From Neoechinorhynchus agilis (taxonomy: Eukaryota > Animalia > Acanthocephala): a DNA stretch of 64,000 bases. Made by a program: the position numbers and the translations under genes. The notes beneath the pieces are model-generated. The model saw only the letters and a program-made list of their open reading frames with translations. It did not search any database and was not told the origin of the DNA. Positions 48,412 through 59,119 of the stretch are shown one piece after another. Location: NCBI GenBank assembly GCA_051530055.1, contig CM121342.1:7944691-8008690 (forward strand), given 5' to 3'. The stretch's first letter is position 1; each line of letters starts with the position of its first letter.

Positions 48412-50150
48412 CTACATGCAGAAATCTTCGATTTCCACTGTTCCTTGAATATGAGTAGATTTAGCCAATTCTGTGAAGGCCTTTTCAGCATCACTAATTG
48501 TTTTTATCAAATGTTCCAAATAAGGTCGATTAACGAAGGGTTGAAGATTTAGTTTCAGTTGGATGGGATTCCAGAACCTCAGTTTTCGTTGAATGTATTC
48601 CAAATATTGCCTTGCATTTAAAATCAAATCATTTTCGGCTTCCCGTTTAAACTTAATCTTTTTGAATCCGCCACACATTGCTTCTAGTTGACGGAACTGC
48701 TGATCTGTCATTAGATCAGCAAACTTGGATTGATCCCAATGGAGCATTAACATACTAAGAGTTCGCACGTCGTGTATTCCATTTTTCACTAAATTATCTC
48801 GCAATTCTTCCAATTGACAAGCTACCAAAAGAGTCTCTAAAGCTATCATCCCAGGTGAATTAGCAGGAGGAACTTGGTCAGCTTGATCCCGCTGTGCTGC
48901 TCTTAACATAAATTTAAGTCGATAATCTTTTGTTTCAATCGGGTGTCCGTTCCGATCAAAAGCATATGAACCATTCTTTAGCAATAATTTACACATTTCC
49001 CGGTCAGTTGCGAATAGGACGGCACATTCTATCTTGAGTTCGTGCAGTCGAAAAAACCTATAGCTCACAGGTTTTATTCTAGAAAAAACACATTCATAAT
49101 GCATTTTAGAAAAAAATTATCAAAGAGCTTGAGCGAAAAAGAATTTCTTACCTAATCGCAAATCAAATCCCTTCACAACGTATTCACAATTTAAAAATTA
49201 TTAAAAATTACAATGCTCATGGAATGCTCACAGCTATGTTATTTTTGTGAGTGAAATCTTTTGGGCTTCAAAGTTAAATGTTTTGACGCATAAGTAAAAC
49301 AACTTGTCCGCCAATGAACAGTCAAAAGGAAACGGAAGTGATATAATTATTTATGTTTTGTTACGGCGGAAAATTGAAATGATTTATCGAATCCCATTGG
49401 GGTTTTAAGTGTCTTATTCGCACCAGATTCAATAAATCATATTAATTTTCCACCATAACAAAACACGAACAGTTCAATCTTAGAACAAAATTATTTATGA
49501 CTCAAGGGTTTTCGTAACTTCTTGTCCTTCAAACAATAAATCGGTAAAAAAGAATTCGATGCCCAAATCAAACGCAAGGCGGATATTCTCTGCACTGGCT
49601 CGTATTTTAAAGGTGTCTCTCCATTGGCAGTAGTTCCATTAATATCGAATTCCACTTCGCCATCTTTCCTTTTATCCAACATAAATTGGACAATTTTCGC
49701 ACTGTTTCTCGCAGTGCAAACCTTCTCAAATAATTCTTGCCCGTATTTTTGTTTGTCAGAATATAAAAACCACAATTTGAACATGTCAAGTCTCGATGCA
49801 CTTCGTTGAGAATACATTACACTATCGATGATTTTAGACATTAAGACATCATCTGAGTTTTTCATCTGATCGAGACAATAGCGGAATAACTCCACTCGTC
49901 CACTGTTCGATGCAATGAGCACGGGGATTAAATCGCCAGTGTCTTGATGTTGATTAAACAAATCCTCTTCATGACAATAATCTATGAGGTCCTTGTCTGT
50001 GTAGCGATCATATTGGGTTGATCGATAATCCAACTCGCACATTGGAGTGCGTTTGTGGATACTGTTTGGTTTAGCTGAGGAACTGTAGCCGAAAGATGAT
50101 TCCGATGATATACACGAATCGTCGTAATCTGAGGACGAATCGTAGTACAT
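48412..50150 (-). CDS. Ankyrin-repeat protein with a SAM-like C-terminal region; two coding blocks (~50150-49600 and ~49040-48412); exon joins unresolved, possible frameshift
   Basis: Ankyrin-like DINGTTANGETPL and LFATDREMCKLLLKNG; SAM-like LETLLVACQLEELRDNLVKNGIHDVRTLSML. Confidence 0.55.
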
Positions 50151-50610
50151 TTTGAACACAGTATGTTTTTAAAGAAAAGACAATATTCAGCTATCTAAAA
50201 ATCGAATTAGTCTTTGATCATAAATCGAACTGACAAAAAGGTTCATTACGGAAATCGCAGTGGATCTAGAAATCGAAATTCTAAAAGGAACCCGGATAAA
50301 ATTTGATTTTTGAGAATAAGTTATTTCGAAGTTGTTTACATCAAGTAGTCGAAGAAAATGAATCGATAAATCTAAAAGCAATTATAATGTTGCTCCAAAG
50401 TTTTAACATTGTGAAAATACTGCGTAATTTAACAGTTAATTTTTTTTTAAGTTTTAATTTTTTTCTCAATAAGTTTTACAATAATAAAGCACAAAACGTG
50501 CAATCACCACCGTCCGCAAAATCTAATTCATATGCAAATCATTACGAACGATTAAGAATAAAATATAAAGTTCCATTGAAGCAATGAAAAAAGAAGGTTA
50601 CAAAGATTGT

Positions 50611-53012
50611 ATCGCTGCCGTTTTTCAAAGCGATCACTGACTGAGCGTGTCTCTTCGAAGCTTGCGGACGGGGATGTTCGGGGGGCTGTTCGGTTATTGT
50701 CATCCTCCGACAGTTTCGCAAAAGGAGACAGCGAGACGCTACAAATACTCCGGTCGAAGCACCCATGTAGTAGCGGAAGCTTTGAAATTCCGTCTCTTCC
50801 CGTACAAGACAGGACGCCCACTCAAATTTTAGAGTTACAAAAGGCCATCTCATCTTTTGCAAATGGTTCGGGTCACGGGCTTGACGGGCTAAGGCCTCAG
50901 CACCTAAAGGACATGATGTCCTTTTCAACTGGTGAAGCAGCTCTCTCTCTAGAAAGTGCGCTTTCTCGAATAGTCGACCGCTTGACTGGAGAGGACCTGA
51001 ACCCCGTTGCAAAGGACCTATTTTTCGGAGCATCATTATGTGCTCTCACAAAAAAAGAAGGTGGGATCCGTCCCATCGCTGTATCTTCGACGATACGCCG
51101 ACTTGCAGGAAAAATTCTCTGCAAACGTATTACAGAGAAAACCGGGCAGCAACTTCGTCCAGTCCAACTGGGCTGCTGCACATCCTGCGGGGCGGAAGCT
51201 ATCGTCCACTCGCTCCGAAACTTTGCTACGAGTAGCTCAGCGCCGTGCGTGATTCTTAAGTGCGATTTTCGGAACGCCTTTAACTCTCTTAATAGAGAAA
51301 GCATGTTCCGCGCAATTAGGGATCACGCACCAGAAGCCTTCCAGTATTTTCTCAATGCCTACGGGACGGCGATTCCTTTGCTTTTCGAAGACCACCTCAT
51401 TTGGTCCGAAAGAGGAGTGCAGCAAGGAGATCCCCTCGGTCCAATCGGATTCTCCCTAACAGTAAACCCAATAGCGCATTCTCTCCATTCCAGCTTCAAC
51501 GCTTGGTACTTGGATGACGCTACGCTCGGAGGTGATCCCTCCGTTGTACTGCGCGATTTGGAGACGCTGATTAGGGAGACCTCGAAGATGGGCATTGAGC
51601 TTAATGCTGGAAAATGTGAGCTCCTTGTACTAAATATTGGAGACGCCGCTAAAGTCAAAGAACTAATGGCTGGGTTCGAGGCCGTAGCTCCAGGTCTGAA
51701 ACTCGTGACTCGGGAACAACTCAGCCTCTTGGGCAGTTGTGTCTTCGATTCAAATGTGGAAGATGAGATCGGCCATATCATACCGAAACTTTCGTTGCTG
51801 TGCGATAGGGTGTGCGCTCTCTCGGCTCATGAAGCCTTGTTTCTCATAAGGAACGCGCTCTTCATCCCCAAATTATTGTACAAGGTTCGCACAGCAACAT
51901 TTTTCAAACACAAAGAAGGATTGGCAAAGCTGGACAATAAGGTGAGGGCTTGCCTCGAGCGTATTTTAAATGTCCAGCTCTCAGATGAGGCGTGGCGACA
52001 AGCTTCTTTGCCTGTGTCATCTGGGGGATTGGGAATTCGGGCACTAGTCGACCTTGCTTTGCCGGCCTTTCTTGGATCGTTTGAGGGGAGCCTACCAGTC
52101 TCGAAGAACATTTTGAAAGAAAAGTTTTGTCTTGACCGGGATTTCGTGGTGGCGGTTGAGGAATGGTGCCAGCAGACAGGCGCTAACCAAGTTCCCGTGA
52201 ATGGCCTCAGACAGTCGATCTGGGACGGACCTCTTGTCGCGAGAGCTCACAGCTCTCTTCTTTCAGGTTCTCGCGATGGGGTCGTCCGAGCTAGACTGTT
52301 GGCAGTTTCAACACGAGAATCTGGGGCGTGGTTGGAGGCTGTTCCTCTGGCATCTGTGGGAACTCTTCTTACTGACGAGGTGACGAGGATCGCAGTATCC
52401 TTAAGACTCGGTCTCCCGATATGCACGCCCCATCGCTGTCGATGTGGGTCTTTGGTTGATGCTTTCGGGCGACACGGTCTCGTCTGCAGAAGGTCAGCAG
52501 GAAGGTTTTCACGCCATTCTGAAATCAATAACGTAATTTCTCGGGCGTTGAGAACGGCGAACTTCCCGAACATCCTGGAACCCGCCCACCTCTGCAGACT
52601 AGACGGCCGTAGGCCCGATGGAATTTCGGTCTTCCCGTGGCGGGAGGGCAAATGCCTTCTCTGGGACGCCACGTGTGTGGACACCCTCGCAGCCAGCAAC
52701 ATCCCCTACTCCCTCGAAATCGCCGGTGGTGCCGCCAGTGCAGCGGAAGGGAGGAAGGTACGAAAATATATGCAGCTATCGAGGGCTCACTATTTTGTCC
52801 CCTTTGGGGTAGAGACGTATGGAGCGCTCGGCAGCTCGGCACTCTCTCTGCTCAAGGATCTCTCGAAGAAATTGAGAGAGGCAACCGGAGACTCAAGAGC
52901 AGGCTTATTTCTTCGACAAAATATCTCGCTGGCAGTACAACGGGGCAATGCTGCCAGCGTGATGGCGACGGTCGAGGAAGGACAAAAGCTGGAATTTGGT
53001 GGGAGGTGGTGA
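50611..53012 (+). mobile_element. CRE-clade non-LTR retrotransposon, 5'-truncated, with an uninterrupted ~800-codon RT + zinc knuckle + restriction-like endonuclease frame
   Basis: KKEGGIRPIAV, CDFRNAFNSLNR, GVQQGDPLGP and AWYLDD; CRCGSLVDAFGRHGLVC (CCHC); RHSEIN, RPDG and WDATCVD. The ORF-track start (TTG 50607) lies in flanking DNA. Confidence 0.95.
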
Positions 53013-53389
53013 ATGTAAAGAAAAGTAAACTTCAAAAAATAAACAATAATGTTACAAAAAAAAAAGTTTGAAAAATCTTTAAATGTATTTTCTAAAAAAG
53101 AAGGTTTTAAATAACTCCAGTTTGTTATGCACACAATTTAAATGTTCGAAATCATCATTTATGAAAATAGGAACGGTGAAACAACTTTATCCTTCATTGC
53201 CTCGAGAATCTAGTATTCCTTTAAAAAGTAGATATGCTTTTCGATTCCTGGTCAATGCAGAAGTCGATCGATCCGAAATCCGTCGTAAGAGAAACCACCC
53301 TTTTTGATCGATTTTTTCTCTTTTTAAAACGAAAATGCAATAAAATTCGAGCAGGTTTTTTATACCCAAGCGTTAAAAGTTGCGATTGG

Positions 53390-53550
53390 AACGGAGGTAG
53401 TCGTTGTTGAAGCAACCAATCATTTTCCACGCTTGGTTAAAAAATTTTGCGGCGTTTTGTCCGACGGCACCAATTGTTTCAAGAGCGACGGATCGAGGCA
53501 TTTGAACTTCTCCCATTTTCGGTCTTCCACCCTTTTTGCCACTAAGCTTT
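53390..53550 (-). mobile_element. Relic of a second, divergent RLE-type (CRE-like) element 3' end, tail-to-tail with the intact copy
   Basis: Three frames give VAKRVEDRKWEKFKCL / SVALETIGAVGQNAAKFF / WLLQQRL, which parallel ASAAEGRKVRKYMQL / PFGVETYGALGSSALSLL / FLRQNISL of the neighbouring element. Confidence 0.55.
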
Positions 53551-53634
53551 TCGATTTGATTTAAGCAGATATTTAGCTCGACCAATTTCATTTTGAATTA
53601 GGTGTAAGCTCAGAAAGTAAGGGAAATCACTAAC

Positions 53635-54510
53635 ACGTTTTATTGCTCAAAGCAGAGAAACTATGTACCCCTGGGTATTAGTGGGCACTCAAGTTCTCAT
53701 TTGTTAAATGAACGCGGTTGTTGATCTTGGAGTAGATTACGAGTCTGGATGTTTCCGTTTGTGTTTGCAGGAGAGTTTGTGAGGTTGGGTCTTTCCTCGG
53801 TTTCCTTGGACAGTATGGAAAAGGTGCGGGGGTAGAGGGAGGTGCAAGGCATAAAAGGATGAAAGTAATTCGGATTACAAGTGTTGGGCTCATGTGAAAA
53901 GGGGAAGATGTGTTGTAAAAATTGTGGTGGTAGGGTTGAGAGGCGTTTTGATTGTTTGATAAAAATCTTATTAAGGCGATCGATGTACGGGGAAAAATTA
54001 ACTACGCAAATTTTAAAGGCTCTCCTATGGAAAGGTTGCAAAAGAAGGGATAGAAGTAGGTGAGCGAGGGTCAAATAAAGTTGTAGAAAAATTTAAAGAG
54101 ATCGGACAAAGGACTTCTAAATGGCAAAGACGTTTAAGGAGGGAAATTTTAAAAGGTATTGGGATTGACGGAAAGTATAACGTGCGAGTTACATTTCAGA
54201 TTTGATTGAAATTGGAGGCTCAGAATTCTTAGGGAGGTGACTCGTAGGATGTCATTTAGAATCTCGAGGGAGGTTGTGGGGTTGTGTGAGAATGAAGGGA
54301 TCATTTCGAAGCATTTAGAGAAATTGAGATGGAGTTTGTGATTGGTGCAGAAATCTTTTATGTGTGTTATTTCGTTAGAGGTTCAGGAGAGGGAGAGGTG
54401 GTGAATGGGTGATGAGGGTGATCGCCGTATAAGAAGAGCTTAGAGTGAGAGGGGTTTGAGGTCGTTTAGGAAAATATTAAAGAGAAGTGGTGACAGCACA
54501 GCACCTTACT
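53635..54510 (-). mobile_element. L2/CR1-group LINE 3' fragment
   Basis: Homologous to ~61950-62990 (LSPLL, IFIKQSKRLSTLPPQFLQHIFPFSHE); ends ...AATAAAACGTGTT. Confidence 0.85.
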
Positions 54511-54619
54511 TTGGTTAGGGAGCAAATTTCCGTAAGAGTTCGAAAGGAAGAAACAAATTGTTCTTTTGGAAATCACTTTCCGTAAAAATGTCGATATGTG
54601 AGGTACCGGAGAATGTGAT

Positions 54620-54734
54620 TGGAATTATTGTTTAAAGGTCTACACCCGGTAAATGATTATTTATTAAAGACGTTTCGAACCTCGTCGGGTTCATCATCAG
54701 TTTGTTTGTTGTGTAGACCTAAACAATAATTCCA
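54620..54734. mobile_element. MITE-like hairpin of the same family as 46573-46690
   Basis: TGGAATTATTGTTTAAAGGTCTACAC pairs with GTGTAGACCTAAACAATAATTCCA. Confidence 0.6.
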
Positions 54735-55296
54735 CTTTTCGTAAAATTCTTCTGAAGAATCTGAAAATAAGATACTTTGTGGTTGGCAATAAAATGAACA
54801 AGTGAAGATGAAATCATTCTAAGTTTGCTAAGAAATTCAAAAATCTCAAGTTTTTAGTGGATCTCCTGAAGGAAGAACTTTAAAGCTAATAAACAATTAA
54901 ATTTATTCACATTTGAACCCGCCTTCTCTTCACGCACTCCAGAATCAATGATCACGATTCAAATGATTATAAAAAATTATTTCAAATTAATTTTCTTTAA
55001 TTGTGAATGGAATTGCAAAGAAATGGATTTTCAAAAGTAAAAATTCTAGCGATTCTAGTAGGTAAATAAAAAATCATCGTTTAAGTGGCGTTCTAGAAAA
55101 AAAGGTACTAGCTTATCAGTTTTTTAAAATGATGGATGCATCGGTGATTATAAATAGAAAAAAATGTAGGAAAAGAATTTCGGATTTGTAAAAGTTAAAC
55201 CAAAATCCATCCTGGCGATTACAATAACGAAATTTTATTGCTTAGAACATCCCAGCCACACCTAAAAAGGGATATATTTACAATCTATAGCTCGAC

Positions 55297-56343
55297 CTAT
55301 TCATCTTTATTGATGAGGCTATCTATATTTGCATAATCGGTTTTTCGCTTCTTCGATCCTTTCACTTGTAGAGCAACGGTCTTGACTATCTGTTGCTTTG
55401 CAACTTCATCATCATCTTGCCATCGTCGTTTTCTAAATCCCCGAGCAAATGGATTTAGTCTGATTTTCAAATCGGTGATCATTTCATTCTGGTAAGCCGT
55501 CACAGCGACAAATTCCGTTTCTGCGAAAGAGAAATGTTGTATCGTATGAGCTGGACCAGCGGAAGTTTGCCTAAATCCAACAAGTGTAACTCTTGGAACG
55601 TATTTATGCATTGATGTAAGGATTAACTAAAAAGTAGATAAAAGAATGACTTTAGAAAGTTAGTAGTTTTCAACAGAGGACTATTAAAAGAAATCAACAA
55701 AAGGCGACATTTTAGCTTGCATGAATGTCATTTGAAACTCTAAAACGCTCACAATGTACAATTTTACAGAAGACGAAAACGATGATTGAGGAGTATTCTT
55801 TACTATCACCAAAGATTTACGTCTCAATTTGTTGTTTAACTTTATTTTACAAAACACTATGTCATAAAACCAAATTCTACGCTAGATATTCGTAGAAAAG
55901 TCAATATTGTTCATTTGGCGAATACGAGAACACAAAGCCATTTCGACTGCCCTAATGTGATTTTTCATACTTACATTTCCGGTCGAGTCTTCGGAATTGT
56001 TGGTAAGTTTCACTTTAGCAAAAGACACAATACTCTCCATCCACCTAGTTCCAAAATTGGGTGAATCTGGATGCACATAGACTCGATGACTAGGAATGTG
56101 ATAGTCGTTAGCGTTAGCGATTCTCCATGCTCCATTTGAGTAAGTATACCGATGAAGATCGACGGGGACCATATCAAGAAACACGAGATAGCACGCATTC
56201 GGCTCTAGGTTTTCCATTTGTACTCTAAATCCGGGGAACATTCTTCGACCGAGTTTAGTGATGATCATTTCAGTCGACAAACAATGGAACTGTTTCCATA
56301 GATCACAATCGACCAGTTTAACGTCTTCTTTTGAGTTGTTCAT
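55297..56343 (-). CDS. T-box transcription factor, 232 aa; exons 56343-55975 and 55626-55297; subfamily unresolved
   Basis: LWKQF, EMIITKLGRRMFP, HPDSPNFG, KVKLTNN | LILTSMHKYVPR, ETEFVAVTAYQNEMITDLKIRLNPFARGFR; 348-nt GTAAGT..TTTTAG intron in phase 0. Confidence 0.95.
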
Positions 56344-56572
56344 GAGCACACCAAAGAGCACAAGTTTTAGAACAAATGCGCAGCAGCAGCGGCACCCTTT
56401 GTGCGGTGTGAGAGTGAGAGAGTGGAGGTCACGGATTTGGTGACAGAGTAACGAGATTTATAGTGTCAAACTGCCGCTACTTCCACTCCTGACTCACCCC
56501 CTGAGAGAAGGTTTGAACCTTCATCGAGTCAACGAAAGTGCGCGTGCAAAGGTCACAGCCACACTCACTTTA

Positions 56573-57989
56573 TTAATCTCGTCGCCCACTCAGACGTCTT
56601 ATTGGACTTCTCGATCGTCTTGGAGTTCGACGCCTTCTATCGTGCCGTGATCTTGAACGACGACGATACGGAGCATCTCGTCTAAATCGGTCATCACGGG
56701 GCGATCGACTACGTCGTCGGTATGGACGTCGAGATGGCCGTGACCTGTCCAAAGATGGAGTATCAATACGTCGCGTGTTTGGGTTCTCCCAACGATCAAC
56801 CGGTGATTGAGGACGGTCTTCTTGTTCTTCTTTTTGACCAAAAGTAGACGTCTGCGGAGGAGCAGGATGAGGAGGAGGAGGTGGTGGCGCTAATGGCATC
56901 GTAACGATCGGTGGAGCCGGTCGCACTGCTTGAAGAAGAGCTGCTGCAGCTGCAGCTGCCGCAGGACTGATTGTCGATTGAAGGGGTTGCTGGGATCGAC
57001 GGGATGTCTCATCGGTTGAACCAATTACGTTTATCGTCCCGGCTTGTTTTGTCCTGTACATCTGACTGAGGAGACTCTGTGGGCGATTATAGGGCCCATT
57101 CTCAGTTCGAAGAGTGCGTTGCCTTATGCAGTACAAATGAACGCGAGCAACTGAAGAGTCCCATCCACCCCCCAAAAAAAGAGAGAGAGGATAAAGTGAA
57201 CATACGTAGAAAAAGATCCTTGAGTTAGTCTTTAACATAAATCGTCAATGGTTCAACGTCTCGAGAGGGAATACTAATGAAAGTAAAGCGATTCGCCAAT
57301 TTTACTCCATCTTCCAATGGGAACGGCGACATTCTTCTAAAAAAAACCAATAATTTAGACAAAAAATAAAGCAGGAAAATGAAGAGGCACGCATCCGTTT
57401 GCCTGATTCTTAAAAAAATCGGTTACTAAAAAGTGTTTTTTGTGACTTTCTCGGATAGAGCATTTAACTTTTAAGCAATGAAAAATGAATATTTTCAAAG
57501 TGCTAAAGGACTCAAATGAGAAGAAAAGTTTTGAGTTCAAAATGAGAAATATTAAAAGAACTTGCGTCGCTCACGCATCGAATAAACAGTCCAAGTTTCT
57601 TCGTTGAAGCCATAATTAAAATAGTCAGTAATATCGGCTCCGGGTTTTAACCATGGCTTTTCTTCATCCTTCAACTGATTTAAGTCCAGGTCGAAAATCG
57701 GAGTTCCATTTATGGTGGCACACGATGGGTTCTCAATAAGATTTGCGGTCAATCCTGGGGCAGACGATACAACCGGCTTGATCGGAGGATTCAGTCGAAT
57801 CAATGAAACTATCGGTGCTCGTTTGGTCGACGCGACCACTGATTTGGATTGATTTGGTGATTCTGGATCAACGTGAATGGATACTTCGGACGATGACGAC
57901 GAAGCACGCCGTTTCCTTTCAACTGGAAGATTCTCCTGAACACTTGATACCAGCACATTTGTTTCAGCTTCAATCGCGTTAGGATCCAT
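56573..57989 (-). CDS. FIP1: Pre-mRNA 3'-end processing factor FIP1, ~330 aa; exons 57989-57575 and 57150-56573
   Basis: Fip1 motif EKPWLKPGADITDYFNYGFNEETW; Pro-rich region and RD/RS-rich C-terminus; a 424-nt GTGAGC..TTCAG intron keeps the frame. Confidence 0.92.
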
Positions 57990-58149
57990 TGCATACGACC
58001 GAAGAGCGGAAGGGAGAATCTAGAGAATTTAAGACAGAATTCTTTCGTAGCGACAAATGAGATGACGTCATTTTGATTGTTTTCATACGTGGATTTTGTA
58101 AAAAAACAGATGATTTCCGTGCAAGGAGTGGAGACATTTCCATTGACTT

Positions 58150-58322
58150 TAGACGAAATACTGCTGAAGGGAGGAAACTCACTGATGAGTCCCGCCTCCT
58201 CGGGGGATATCTGAGAATCCGGAGGGATGTACAAACTTATAACCGTGCGGTCTTGGAGCATTGAGCGCAGACCAGCGCTTCCCAAACCGAAAAACGGACG
58301 TGTATGGAAAAATTATCTATCA
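58150..58322. mobile_element. One-armed partial copy of the 47843-48140 foldback element, ~160 bp upstream of the FIP1 ATG
   Basis: Reverse complement of the left TIR and core of 47843-48040 (GCATTGAGCGCAGACCAGCGCTTCCCAAACCGAAAAACGG). Confidence 0.8.
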
Positions 58323-59119
58323 ACAGACTACCAACTGAACCACATATAAAAAATGTTATGAATTGATAATGATTTATTTAATCAGTTGACAAACATACGC
58401 ACATATATATTCGACTTTAACAATAAAATTAATCGCATTCCGAAAAATCAAGCAGTTTCATGAAAAACTCACTTTTGAAACCGATTTCTTCAATTTTTAT
58501 TCGACGAAATGCTAAAACTTTCCAAAAATACAACCTTTTTCTTTTACATTTAGTAATCTTGTTAAATACTAGCTGATTTTCAAGCCGTATGATTGATCAA
58601 GTTTTTATTTTAAAATTTAACACTTTGGCTGTTGTAAAGAAGAATGTCTTGGATTAGTGTCTTCGAGATAAAAGATACTTTCTTTTTCTTAGTTATACCA
58701 TCGCTAGCGTTTAAATTCGGATAATATCGACATCATAACCTTGATGTCGGAATTATCTAAAAAATCAATGAATAAAAATTTTGGGAGGGTGGTATAACTA
58801 AGAAAAAAGAAAAATCTTTTTCGGAGCTTTCGCCAAAAGTAGCGACATTGAAGTATGGAAAGTTCGTGTTTTGCCTATTGAGCAGTTCTCTGGCTTTGTC
58901 GAGTTGATTCCAACCGCCTGGGATACAAGTAGTGCCTCGGCGAGATCCTTGGCCTCCGATCAAACTTAAGTTATCGTGGCTCAAATTACCAAAAGTCGAT
59001 GCAAACCTAAGTTCTCGCAACTTCCTCTCTCACAACGTCCTCTCGCCCGTAAACGACCTATCTCTCGTGAACTTCCTCTTTTTCGTTGACTTTCTCTCTC
59101 GTCAAAGGCACTCTAATCA

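Noticed and set aside
50585-53065. GTTACAAA near both ends of the intact CRE as a target-site duplication
   Set aside because: Not flush with the element boundary at the 5' side, and it is low-complexity A-rich sequence.
55297-56343. Calling the T-box gene Brachyury
   Set aside because: Only the HPDSPNFG motif fits; several other diagnostic positions match non-Brachyury subfamilies.
58150-58215. Hammerhead or HDV-like ribozyme (GACGAAA...CTGATGAGTC; GCCTCCTCG)
   Set aside because: Core words are present, but no arrangement gives all three hammerhead stems plus a UH site, and the HDV P1/P3 pairings fail. The paralogous copy (47960-48050) breaks GAAA and stem II.
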